A stretch of 64,000 nucleotides of DNA from contig JAFSRQ010000079.1 in assembly GCA_017446055.1 (NCBI GenBank), positions 13,881 through 77,880 on the forward strand. Direction: 5' to 3'. The stretch's first letter is position 1. Every line of letters begins with the position of its first letter. Positions 9,924 to 19,044 of this stretch are shown here, piece by piece. This DNA is from Synergistaceae bacterium (GTDB lineage Bacteria > Synergistota > Synergistia > Synergistales > Aminobacteriaceae). A program made the position numbers and the translations under genes. Below the pieces are notes generated by a model. That model made no database searches. It saw nothing but the letters and a program-made list of their open reading frames with translations, and had not been told where the DNA came from.

Positions 9924-10585
9924 CTATTCCCCCGCCTCGCCAAGATATTCCTCAAGCGTGAGACCGTCAGCAGTAATTTTCCGGGCTATGTCAGGGCTGT
10001 CAATGTAGCGGATGTGCCAAGGCTCGTAACTGTAGCCTGTGATACTCTCTTTGCCTTCGGGGTAACGCAGGATGAAGCCGTATTCCGCCAGCTTTGCGTG
10101 TATCTTCTGCCAGATTTCAGGGTGCTTGACCATGTCCTCGTTGAGGTAAACGTCCCTGCTGTCCAAGCGGAAATAGAGATCCAGCGCAAGCCCGGTGTGA
10201 TGCTCGGAATATCCCGGTGTCGCGACTGTCCTCCGTGCATAATCCGCGCCGTATTTCTCGGTGAAACGCCTCATTATGTCTCTCTGTTCTGCTACACTGC
10301 GGAAGGCCGAGTCCAGCTCAATGTGTACTCAATGTGTATACCGTCATTCACGGCGAGGTCATCCTTCAGTCTCAGGTAAGCCCCGTATGCTTTCACCTCA
10401 GCAGCAACGTCATCACTCAGTGAGTTTACTGTGCGGACGGTCTCAATTGAAGTCTCCCAGTCAGCAGGAAGCTCGTGATTCTTGTTGACCAGTACCATGT
10501 AGTTGACGGAACTTTTCCCGAAGGCACACACTGCAAGCAGCATGACGGCCAGGACAGCCGCCGGTGAACGAATAAGTTTCCTCAT
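9924..10585 (-). pseudogene. VanY/peptidase M15B D-alanyl-D-alanine carboxypeptidase, split by an 11-nt tandem duplication
   Basis: ORFs 10292..10585 (signal peptide, LVNKNHELP) and 9924..10274 (PGYSEHHTGLALD, EPWHIRY) are the two halves. Removing one copy of the 11-mer restores ..GIHIELDSAFRSVAEQRDIMRRFTE.. Confidence 0.8.
10317..10338. repeat. perfect 11-nt tandem duplication (ctcaatgtgta x2) causing the vanY-like frameshift
   Basis: Read directly: ctcaatgtgtactcaatgtgta. Confidence 0.9.
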
Positions 10586-10633
10586 GATTTCCTCCTGTTT
10601 TCCGTAAAAGGGATTGGGGCATTATATCACCCG

Positions 10634-11665
10634 TCAATGAAGCTCAACCACACCGAATTTCCGCCTCAGTGCAAACGGCTTCTCAGGCGCGGTAACGAAA
10701 GACTGCCATCCTGTAGCAGACAGCTCCCGGTAAATCCACTGCCGTCCTTCAGCGTCAAGTTCAGCGGTGAGGTCATCAAGGAGCAGTACAGGTTCGCGGC
10801 CTAATCTCTGAGCGATGAGCCTTCCTGCCGTGAGTATGAGGTACAGTATCAGCCTCCGCTTTTGTCCCCGGCTCAGTGATATGCTAGCTGGCCTGCCTGT
10901 TTCTGTTACGGTTATGGCGATGTCATCATAGCCGGGACCGCACAAAGGATGCTGGGCGTAAACTTCACGCGCTGAATTTCTCCCGGTCATCTCGCGCATA
11001 TATTCTTCACCGGGCTTGTTCATGGCCGGGACGAACTCAAGCGAGAACTTTTCCGGGGGAATCATCTTCATCATCTCAGCGATTACTGCCCTGCGTATGT
11101 CCATAATCCAGCCTCCCAGACGGAAGAACGGTATATCTGTTGACGCTGGGGATCTTCCCTGCCTGAGCAATGATGTGCGTGAACGTGATACTACCCTGAA
11201 ATCCGCAAGCCTCTTCGCGAACGGAGGCACGAAAAGCGAACACAGCCTGTCAACAAAAAGCCTGCGTGATGACGGAGAGCCGTCTATCAGTGAAAGGTTG
11301 CCTGTGAGGAATATTACGGACGGTACAGCAAGACGCAGCTCCGTGAATGATGTTGACTTCCCGCCAAGCCTCAATGAGATTCGCGATGAGATTTCCGCGC
11401 TGACAGTGAGAGTTTCCTCGCCGGACAATTCCGCGCCTATATACGCCCTGTGAGTCTGACTCTGCCACGAGACAACCCCGGAAGTTTTGTTACCGGGAAA
11501 AACTCCCCAGCCCGTGATTATGCTCAATGCCTCAAGGAGATTGGTCTTGCCCGCGCCGTTATTCCCCAGAATCAAATTGATACCCGGACTCCAGCTTGCA
11601 CTAAAATCCGGGCTCTCTCGTGAAAGATTCCTGAAGTTACGCAGGGTTATTCTGTCTATCTTCAA
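10634..11665 (-). CDS. recF: DNA replication and repair protein RecF
   Basis: Walker A GNNGAGKTNLLEA, SRGQKRRL signature, LLLDDL Walker B. Confidence 0.9.
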   Translation of the reverse strand: MKIDRITLRNFRNLSRESPDFSASWSPGINLILGNNGAGKTNLLEALSIITGWGVFPGNKTSGVVSWQSQTHRAYIGAELSGEETLTVSAEISSRISLRLGGKSTSFTELRLAVPSVIFLTGNLSLIDGSPSSRRLFVDRLCSLFVPPFAKRLADFRVVSRSRTSLLRQGRSPASTDIPFFRLGGWIMDIRRAVIAEMMKMIPPEKFSLEFVPAMNKPGEEYMREMTGRNSAREVYAQHPLCGPGYDDIAITVTETGRPASISLSRGQKRRLILYLILTAGRLIAQRLGREPVLLLDDLTAELDAEGRQWIYRELSATGWQSFVTAPEKPFALRRKFGVVELH

Positions 11666-11667
11666 CG

Positions 11668-12906
11668 CTAAAACGGCGTGTCTGACTCGCTGTTGTTTTC
11701 CTGGGACTGTTCTGCTTCAGGGGCTGGAATGGGCTCATAGGGTGCTTCGGTGAAGTCTGCTGACTCTTCTTCGGTCATAGCGTCCTGAGTGCTTAACCTT
11801 GCGGGCATGAGCATATACAGGAAATCATCACTGCCTTCACGCTTCATTCTGGTCTGGCCTTCCTCGCCGCTGAACTCGATTAACGCCTGTTCGTTGCCTA
11901 GAGCCTTCAAGCCGTCCATGAAGTAGCTTACGTTGAAGCCTACCTGCAAGTTCTTCCCGGTGATTTCGGGCTGCAATGTCTCGCTTGCCGTGCCTAGTTC
12001 GGGAGCGCGGGCGGTAATCCTCATGTCGCCGCCGGGATTCATAGATATGGACATGATATGTGCCGTTGTGGTCTTGGCGATAATATCTATGCGTTCAAGC
12101 ACGGAGAGAAGCTCGCCAGCATTAACGCGGAGTGTTGTGTACTGCTCATCGTTGAGTATGCGCTCAAATTTCGGGAACGATGAGTCCACGCGCCTAACGG
12201 AATACTCTGACGCATCGAGCGCGAACCATGCCATTGACCCGTCAGCAAGAATCCTCACTGTATTATCCTCGCCGAGTGAGGCAATATTCTTCGCCAGATC
12301 CTTTAGCGCACTGGCCGAAAGCAGCAAGTCTTCATCCTTTGAGACCATGCACGGAGCTTTTGAGAGGGACAGCCTTTTACCGTCAGTAGATACTGCTGTG
12401 AGCTGTCCTTCTGATGCTCTGACCAGGCATGTACCCAAATATTTCGGGAAATCCTGGGGCTGTGATGCGGCGGAAGAGCCTTCAGTGATAATCTTGGCCA
12501 GAAGCGGCGCGGCAATCTCACATATGACCTCAGCGGATGAACTTTCCGGGATGTTGGGGAATGTTTCTGACGACATGACAGCAAAACGCATCTTGTTGCG
12601 CCCGGCGTTGAGGAAGCCCCTTGTGGTGTTGACTTCAAGCACAAAGTCTTCCGTGTCCAGCTTCCTTAGGATGCCCCCGAAAATCGCGGCGGGTATCACG
12701 GCTTTTCCCGGTTCGATTACGTTAGCTCCATTAGCGCGGCATTTGATGGACGTGTTCAGGTCGGTGGCCTCAAGTGTTACTGTGCTGTCTTCTGAGGCGG
12801 TTATGAGGACTCCTTTTGCTGACTCGCTGGCTGTTTTTGACGCGGTTAGTTTCTCGGCGTTCTGCCATGCCTTGAGGAAGTCTTGACGTTCAATTTCTAG
12901 TTTCAT
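11668..12906 (-). CDS. dnaN: DNA polymerase III beta sliding clamp with a ~40-aa acidic C-terminal extension
   Basis: Typical DnaN N-terminus (MKLEIERQDFLKAW) and canonical end ..LYMLMPARL, followed by an extra acidic tail. Lies directly upstream of recF. Confidence 0.9.
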   Translation of the reverse strand: MKLEIERQDFLKAWQNAEKLTASKTASESAKGVLITASEDSTVTLEATDLNTSIKCRANGANVIEPGKAVIPAAIFGGILRKLDTEDFVLEVNTTRGFLNAGRNKMRFAVMSSETFPNIPESSSAEVICEIAAPLLAKIITEGSSAASQPQDFPKYLGTCLVRASEGQLTAVSTDGKRLSLSKAPCMVSKDEDLLLSASALKDLAKNIASLGEDNTVRILADGSMAWFALDASEYSVRRVDSSFPKFERILNDEQYTTLRVNAGELLSVLERIDIIAKTTTAHIMSISMNPGGDMRITARAPELGTASETLQPEITGKNLQVGFNVSYFMDGLKALGNEQALIEFSGEEGQTRMKREGSDDFLYMLMPARLSTQDAMTEEESADFTEAPYEPIPAPEAEQSQENNSESDTPF

Positions 12907-13040
12907 GGATGATTTTCCTTTGCGTGATATAAATTTTTTCGTGAATGATAATTATATCTCAACGCCTGCGGTAATATCTGAACTGTAGCAAACGGCTCTA
13001 TAATGGCCGGGAGTAAAATCTTTCTGCATGGAGTGAGGAT

Positions 13041-13214
13041 ATGATGACAAGACAAGAACTCTGGGACAAAATTTGGTATGACAATTCTGACTCTGTGATT
13101 TACCTTACGGCTAGGAGGGCTTTGGCTGCCGGAGCAAAACGTGAGAGAGTCCTGGACGCGCTGATGAGCAGCAATCCAGAAATGGAACTCGCCTACCTCA
13201 TACCCTATGTGTAA
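13041..13214 (+). CDS. hypothetical small protein (57 aa), below the ORF-track cut-off
   Basis: ATG preceded by GGAGTGAGGA. Open frame MMTRQELWDKIWYDNSDSVIYLTARRALAAGAKRERVLDALMSSNPEMELAYLIPYV. No family recognised. Confidence 0.3.
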   Translation: MMTRQELWDKIWYDNSDSVIYLTARRALAAGAKRERVLDALMSSNPEMELAYLIPYV

Positions 13215-13216
13215 GG

Positions 13217-13256
13217 GAGAAAGAAAATCCCCTCTCTGCGCATTCACAGGGAGGGG
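13217..13256 (-). terminator. intrinsic terminator after the rluD-like gene
   Basis: 10-bp stem cccctctctg/cagggagggg (13229-13256), followed on the minus strand by attttctttct. Confidence 0.55.
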
Positions 13257-13269
13257 GCTTGATATTGCT

Positions 13270-14250
13270 TCAGTCAAAATCTCCGTCAATGTCAAAATCT
13301 TCGTTCGCTTCAACAATATCTGAGGTCTCGTTTTCCGTGTAATTGATGGGCTTTCCCTCCCTCAAGAATCTTATGCGCTCCAAGAAATCAGGCGTAAGAG
13401 GCTGGCGGAACTTCATTGCTTCCCCCGTAACAGGATGAGAAAATTCCAGCTTCCACGAATGAAGATATACCCGCCTCAATCCCTCATCATTAGCCCCGTA
13501 CAATTTATCCCCCACCAGAGGACAGCCCAAGGCCGACATGTGTACCCGTATCTGGTGAGTCCTCCCGGTGAACAGCTCGCACTCAGCCAGCGATATACCG
13601 TCAATGCTCCACAGCACTTTGTAGCCCGTCAGTGATGGCTTGCCCCCTTCAGCCACCATCATACGCAGGGGGTTGGCCGGGTCTCTGGCAATCGGCCCGG
13701 AGAGTATTCCCTCTCTTTTCTCCGGGACACCGTGAGCCAGCGCAATATAGTGCTTGTGTACCGTCCGCTCCTTGAACATGTTGATTAGTGCCAGCGTAAC
13801 TTTCTGAGTCCTTGCCACCACCATCAAGCCGGAAGTCCCGCCGTCAAGCCTGTGTACTATTCCCGGACGTAACCAGTTGGGTAGCTCGCGCATTTCCGGG
13901 TAACGGTAGACGAGGCCGTTGACGAGAGTGTTGCGCCAAGAACCGGGAGCAGGGTGGACTACGAGTCCTGAAGGCTTGTTGATGACGAAGATATATTCAT
14001 CCTCGTAGACTACCTCGAACTCTACCGGGTCAGCCTTAAGGTATGTCAGGTTGAGGGATTCGGGAATGTCGGCGGTGAATCTGCGGCCTTCCGGGACTTT
14101 CTTTGAGGGCTTCAGCGAGTCTTTATCATCACACTTAATGCTGCCAGCTTTCAGAAGCCTCTGAACATGCGAGCGTGTCATCTCCAGTTTGTCAGCAAGA
14201 AACACGTCAAGCCTGGGATATTCACGTTCAGCAACTATTTCTGTAATCAC
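13270..14250 (-). CDS. rluD: RluA/RluD-family 23S rRNA pseudouridine synthase
   Basis: N-terminal S4-like RLDVFLADKL..SHVQRLLKAG, catalytic HRLDGGTSGLMVVA, TGRTHQIRVH. Confidence 0.85.
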   Translation of the reverse strand: MITEIVAEREYPRLDVFLADKLEMTRSHVQRLLKAGSIKCDDKDSLKPSKKVPEGRRFTADIPESLNLTYLKADPVEFEVVYEDEYIFVINKPSGLVVHPAPGSWRNTLVNGLVYRYPEMRELPNWLRPGIVHRLDGGTSGLMVVARTQKVTLALINMFKERTVHKHYIALAHGVPEKREGILSGPIARDPANPLRMMVAEGGKPSLTGYKVLWSIDGISLAECELFTGRTHQIRVHMSALGCPLVGDKLYGANDEGLRRVYLHSWKLEFSHPVTGEAMKFRQPLTPDFLERIRFLREGKPINYTENETSDIVEANEDFDIDGDFD

Positions 14251-14495
14251 AGCTTCATCCCCCTCAAGGTGTCGTGAAAGTCAGCCAGGCTAATCACAAA
14301 GTTATCCATGTCCCTCTTTAGCGCACTGACAGCCGCCCTTCTCACCGCAAGAGGCTTATTCCGCAGCAATATCACGAAAATCTCCCTGCGAGTCTCAAGG
14401 AGTCTCTGAACATGCGACCGTGTCATCTCCAGTTTGTCCGCAAGAAACACGTCAAGCCTGGGATATTCCCGGTCAGCAACTATTTCTGTAATCAC
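14247..14495 (-). pseudogene. chimeric in-frame remnant ORF: rluD 5' end fused to cdc48 3' end (junction duplication)
   Basis: aa 1-33 match the RluD N-terminus (32/33). The remainder matches the Cdc48-like C-terminus with a 23-aa internal deletion. GTGA overlaps at both ends (14492-14495 and 14247-14250). Confidence 0.8.
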
Positions 14496-16585
14496 AGCTT
14501 CATCCCCCTCAAGGTGTCGGAAAAGTCAGCAAGCCTAATCACAAAGTTATCCATGTCCCTCTTTAGCGCACTGACAGCTGCCCGCCTCACCGCAAGAGAA
14601 ATATCCCCGCCCGACATACCATCACTCATGGCCGCGAGTGTCTCACCGTCAACATCATCCGCAAGAGGCTTATTCCGCAGCAGTATCCCGAAAATCTCAC
14701 GGCGAGTCTCAGTGTCTGGAAGAGGAAGCTCAAGTTTCAGGTCGAATATTCCCGGAGCAAGAAGCGACTTGTCGAGAAGGTCAATCCTGTTTGTTGACGC
14801 TAGGACTGTTACGCCGTTAAGCTCCTCAATGCCGCGCATCTCAGCCAGGAATTGCGAGGTCAGGCGTGATTCTGTTGACGCAAAAGCCGAACCTGTCCCG
14901 GCTCTCTCAGGGAACAATGACTCTATCTCGTCAAAGTATATGATTGATGGTGCAGCCTGTTTTGCCACGCGGAAAATGTCCCTCAATGCACGTTCTGACT
15001 CGCCTAGGTAACGCGATAATACGTTTGCTGACTGTACGCTGATGAAGTTTACGCCGCTCTCGTGCGCTAATGCTTTTGCGAGGAGAGTCTTTCCCGTCCC
15101 GGAAGCCCCGTAAAGCAGTATTCCCCTTGTCGCCTGGATGCCGTAACGCTGGTAGATTTCGGAGTGATTGAGCGGCCATGTTACCGCCTGCATCAGCTCA
15201 TCCTTAACGGAAGAAAGCCCGCCGACATCGCCCCAAGTAACATCAGGAATCTCAACGAAGACTTCTCTTGTTGCTGACGGCTCGGTCTCAAGCAGTGCGT
15301 TCATGAAGTGCCGCATACATACCTCAAGCCCCGCTATTCTCTCGTAAGGAAGCTCCTGTGTCTGGAAGTCAACGTAAGGCAGTATGTCCCTCACGCAAGA
15401 CATAGCCGCCTCCTTAGCGAGTGCTTCAAGGTCAGCCCCGACAAAGCCATGCGACAAGTCAGCAATTCTCTTGAGGTCAACGTCTGCTGACAGTGGCATA
15501 CCCCGCGTGTGTATCCTGAGTATTTCGAGCCGTCCGTTGCGGTCAGGTGTGGGTATGGAGATTTCGCGGTCAAAGCGTCCCGGTCGTCTGAGTGCCGGGT
15601 CAAGGGAGTTGGGAATGTTGGTCGCGCCTATGACGATGAGCTGTCCGCGGGATTTCAGGCCGTCCATGAGTGCGAGAAGCTGTGCGACTACCCTGCGTTC
15701 AACCTGCTTTTCGCCGCCCATGTCCTCACGCTTGGGTGCGATTGCGTCAATCTCATCGATGAAGATGATTGAGGGTGCGCGGTCTTGAGCCTCCTCGAAG
15801 ATTTTGCGGAGACGTTCTTCCGACTCGCCGTAGAATTTCCCGATTATCTCAGGGCCGGATATGTGGGTGAACCAAGCATCAGTTTCGTTTGCTACAGCGC
15901 GTGCTATGACGGTCTTTCCTGTACCGGGGGGGCCGTACAACAACACTCCGCGCGGGGGCTGAATGCCGAGTCTCTCGAATATCTGCGGGAAGCGTAACGG
16001 AAGCTCTATCATTTCGCGGACTTTGCGTATCTGTGAGCTGAGACCGCCGATGTCCTCATACGTAACTTTGTGGGTGTGCCTGACCTCAAGCGGCTTAAGG
16101 ATATTGAGGTAGGTTGACTTGTTGAGGATTACGACTCCTTCCGGGGTTGTGGCTGTAACCTGGAAATCGCAGACACGAGTCCCGAAAAGCGTTACCCGTA
16201 CCCGGTCGCCTGCGTTCATGGCCTGGCCTTCGAGCATGGAGAGTATGTAGCCTGAGTCATTCTCGCGCTGTGAGAGCTTAACGTCCCCCAAAGGCTGAAG
16301 GGTTGCGCTTCCGGCGAAATGGTGAGTGATTGATGACTCAAGGGTGATGGTTTCGTCCAGTGATGTCCCGGCGTTCTCGCGGATGAGGCCGTCTATCTGG
16401 ATGATGCCGCGTCCTGTCTCGCGGTCTCCTGTTCGGATTCTTGCGGGGGTTGACTTGCGCCCGGCTATGAGGACTAGGTCGCCGTCTGTGAGATTCATTG
16501 CGGCCATGTCGTCAGGATGGATGCGGGCGAGTCCCTTCATTGCGTCCCCTGAATATGCTTCGCTGACTTTGTATGTTCTCTGCAT
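14492..16585 (-). CDS. Cdc48/VCP-type AAA+ ATPase (N-domain plus two AAA modules)
   Basis: Cdc48-N-like start (GLARIHPDDMAAMNLTDGDLVLIAGRK), D1 with GPPGTGKT/IIFIDEID, D2 with GASGTGKT/IIYFDEIE. Confidence 0.9.
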   Translation of the reverse strand: MQRTYKVSEAYSGDAMKGLARIHPDDMAAMNLTDGDLVLIAGRKSTPARIRTGDRETGRGIIQIDGLIRENAGTSLDETITLESSITHHFAGSATLQPLGDVKLSQRENDSGYILSMLEGQAMNAGDRVRVTLFGTRVCDFQVTATTPEGVVILNKSTYLNILKPLEVRHTHKVTYEDIGGLSSQIRKVREMIELPLRFPQIFERLGIQPPRGVLLYGPPGTGKTVIARAVANETDAWFTHISGPEIIGKFYGESEERLRKIFEEAQDRAPSIIFIDEIDAIAPKREDMGGEKQVERRVVAQLLALMDGLKSRGQLIVIGATNIPNSLDPALRRPGRFDREISIPTPDRNGRLEILRIHTRGMPLSADVDLKRIADLSHGFVGADLEALAKEAAMSCVRDILPYVDFQTQELPYERIAGLEVCMRHFMNALLETEPSATREVFVEIPDVTWGDVGGLSSVKDELMQAVTWPLNHSEIYQRYGIQATRGILLYGASGTGKTLLAKALAHESGVNFISVQSANVLSRYLGESERALRDIFRVAKQAAPSIIYFDEIESLFPERAGTGSAFASTESRLTSQFLAEMRGIEELNGVTVLASTNRIDLLDKSLLAPGIFDLKLELPLPDTETRREIFGILLRNKPLADDVDGETLAAMSDGMSGGDISLAVRRAAVSALKRDMDNFVIRLADFSDTLRGMKL

Positions 16586-16814
16586 GGGTTATCCCTCGAT
16601 TTGACGTGCTATAATGAGAGCGTCCGGGGAAGCTGCGGACATTTTTGAAAGTTTGGTTGCCGGAATGAGGGGCGAGCCTCAACCAGCAAAACCAAACCAG
16701 TCTTGGGACGCTACTTCCTCTTTATCAAGTTGATGAGATGGGCAATCGCGTTGATGACTTTCGCAACAGCCTCGAGGAGTTTTATGAAGTCTCTCATAAC
16801 CCTCACCCCCATTC

Positions 16815-17165
16815 TAAGCGGGGAGAAGTTATTTTCCTCTGCGACAACCCCCCGCTTCGAATTGCCGGGGGCTTCCCTGACCCGTGAGATACAGTATCAC
16901 GGACTGCCGTTATTCTATCACAGGCGAAATCGGGTACATTATTCTGCGCGGATTTATCCCTAGCTGAGGACTGCGGCCTTCAACCGATGAAGAAGTTATC
17001 CGTTACCGCAACAGCTTCTAGGACTTCAACAGCAACACACCCGCACTGATTATCGGGGGCTTCCCTAACACGTGAGGCACAATATCATAGACTGGCTATC
17101 GTTCTCTCACAGGCGAAATCGTCTACACTTCCTGCGCGGATTTATCTCTAGCTGAGGACTGCGAC
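16815..17165. repeat. ~187-nt imperfect tandem repeat (about 2.4 copies) duplicating the ROK gene 3' end plus downstream DNA
   Basis: 16867-16976 aligns with 17054-17163 (~80% by eye). 16977-17053 is a degraded copy of 17164-17240, the ROK 3' end. Confidence 0.65.
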
Positions 17166-18059
17166 TCACCAGCCGATCATCCTATCACAGGCATAATACC
17201 CCGCTCCCGCAACACATTTTCCCGGCTCATCGTCAGCATATATCACCCTCAGATTTCCGGCGGGTAAAGGCTTCCTTGTGTGGGCAATAATTTCACGGTG
17301 AAGAGCCTCTCGCGGAAATCCCTTCATGTCAGGCACTCCTCCCCCGACAATCACATAATCCGGGTCGAGTATGTTCACCTCAGCAGATATACACATGGCC
17401 ATGCGCGAAATATACTCCGCAATCCTCACATCATCCCCGTGAAGCGTGAAAGTGTCAGCTATATCCGTCTCAGGCCACACTTCCCGCTGAAGCCGCGCAA
17501 GATACTTCCCGCCCGCAAGATTCTCCATGCACCCGGTGAGTCCGCACCCGCAAGGCTCATCGCTTCCGTCAACCGGGATATGCCCCAGCTCGCCAGCCGC
17601 ACCGTTGCGCCCCGGCAATGGCACTCCGTCAATCATTATCGCGTTGCCTATTCCAGTCCCGAAATATATCCCGCATGTTATACCCTCGTGAGGCACTCCG
17701 TACTTCATCATGTCGTAATACAGCGCGAAGGTTACATCACGTTCCGCAAAAACAGGGACTCCCAATGCTGCCGACAAGTATTCGGTTACGGGCAGGTTCT
17801 CCATGAACGGAAGGTTGGGTGCCTGAAGTATTCTCGTGCGCTCACGGTTGAGGGTCGCGGGGAAGCCTATTGCTACTGCGTCATATACCCGGCCTCCTGC
17901 GTATGATGATATGTAGCCAGCAATATCCTTCAGGACATCAGCGGACTTCAGGACTGACTTCACCGAAACCTTGCGGAAATCTGAGACATTCCCGGAGCCG
18001 TCAGCAATGCCAATCCTGAAATTTGTCCCGCCTATGTCAATGCCGATAATCTCACTCAT
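17166..18059 (-). CDS. ROK family sugar kinase/regulator
   Basis: IGIDIGGTNFRIG ATP-binding start, GELGHIPV, zinc motif CGCGLTGCMEN. Confidence 0.85.
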   Translation of the reverse strand: MSEIIGIDIGGTNFRIGIADGSGNVSDFRKVSVKSVLKSADVLKDIAGYISSYAGGRVYDAVAIGFPATLNRERTRILQAPNLPFMENLPVTEYLSAALGVPVFAERDVTFALYYDMMKYGVPHEGITCGIYFGTGIGNAIMIDGVPLPGRNGAAGELGHIPVDGSDEPCGCGLTGCMENLAGGKYLARLQREVWPETDIADTFTLHGDDVRIAEYISRMAMCISAEVNILDPDYVIVGGGVPDMKGFPREALHREIIAHTRKPLPAGNLRVIYADDEPGKCVAGAGYYACDRMIGW

Positions 18060-19044
18060 CGCCGGGGAAAATTATTCCTGCGTTCTTTCTCGCTCCCTCA
18101 ATCACTGACACAGTGTCAAGAGCAGCGTCAAGAAGCGAGTACGCGCAGCCGTAATCATCAGTCAGCATTAACCGCACAATCTCTTCAACCTCATAATGCC
18201 ACCTGTCCGGGACTGGCTGAAGGTTATACGTGTCATCTGAGTCTCTGGTTACGACTCTAACGCTCTTTATGCCGTTGGGTTCGTCGACATGAATATAGCC
18301 CTGCTCGCCCTCTATCGTGAAGTGATTGATGCCCCAGGTGTCTTTTGCGCCCGCGTTTGTTGACACGAAGCCGTCATACCTCATCACGAACACACCGGAT
18401 GTGTCAGCTAGGCCGGGGCCGGGAAATATGTTCGGGAAATATTCTGCGCTCTCTGGCCGTCCGAATAACGCCACGTTCAGAAGGACGTTGTAGAAGTTTA
18501 TATCCATGAGGCAGCCCCCGGCAAATTCTAAGCTAAAGATGTTGGGACGTTCTCCGCGCAGCACTGCATCGTAGCGGCTGGAATACTGGCTGTAGTTCGA
18601 CATCACCAGCCTCACACGGCCTATGACGGGCAGCTTCTCACGCAATAGTCTGAAGTTAGGCAGGTATACAGTCGGCGCGGCCTGAAAGAGGAACAGCCCT
18701 TTTTCCCGCGCAATATCACGGAGTTCTTGTGCCTGGGCGTAACGTGTAACAAGAGGCTTCTCACAGATTACGTTTTTCCCGGCCATGAGGGCGAGTCTTG
18801 CCTGCTCATAGTGGAGGAGGTTCGGCGAGGCTATGTAGACCGTGTTGACCGTATCATCATTCATCAGCGCGTTGATGTCGGTGTAAGTTTTCCCCGCCCC
18901 GTAAGTTTCCGCGAGGGCTTCAGCCTTCTCACTTGTCCGGGAGTAAACAGCCTCAAGCGAAATCCCGTCAGCGTTCCTCACATTGTCCAGAACAGAGTGA
19001 ACGATTACCCCTGAGCCTATAGTGCCTAGTCTTACTGCTTCCAT
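18052..19044 (-). CDS. Gfo/Idh/MocA family oxidoreductase
   Basis: N-terminal Rossmann fold (RLGTIGSGVI), EKPL motif (VICEKPLV). Confidence 0.8.
   Translation of the reverse strand: MEAVRLGTIGSGVIVHSVLDNVRNADGISLEAVYSRTSEKAEALAETYGAGKTYTDINALMNDDTVNTVYIASPNLLHYEQARLALMAGKNVICEKPLVTRYAQAQELRDIAREKGLFLFQAAPTVYLPNFRLLREKLPVIGRVRLVMSNYSQYSSRYDAVLRGERPNIFSLEFAGGCLMDINFYNVLLNVALFGRPESAEYFPNIFPGPGLADTSGVFVMRYDGFVSTNAGAKDTWGINHFTIEGEQGYIHVDEPNGIKSVRVVTRDSDDTYNLQPVPDRWHYEVEEIVRLMLTDDYGCAYSLLDAALDTVSVIEGARKNAGIIFPGDE

Noticed and set aside
11933-12886. Long antisense ORFs from the track. Examples: 317 aa opposite dnaN, 41400..42086 opposite lpxK, 3019..3573 opposite mutL/mutS, 17280..17906 opposite ROK, 60390..60968 opposite tmk/yaaR.
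   Set aside because: Each lies entirely inside a strongly supported gene on the other strand. They have Ser/Arg/Pro-rich low-complexity composition and no recognisable motifs, which is typical of shadow ORFs.
12907-13269. oriC upstream of dnaN.
   Set aside because: There is no dnaA gene and I found no TTATCCACA/TGTGGATAA-like boxes or AT-rich unwinding tract by eye. This cannot be excluded without a genome-wide GC-skew analysis.
12903-13316. 137-aa minus-strand ORF filling the dnaN-rluD spacer.
   Set aside because: No family resemblance. It overlaps both the rluD 3' end and the intrinsic terminator at 13217-13256, and it conflicts with a better-supported small plus-strand ORF.
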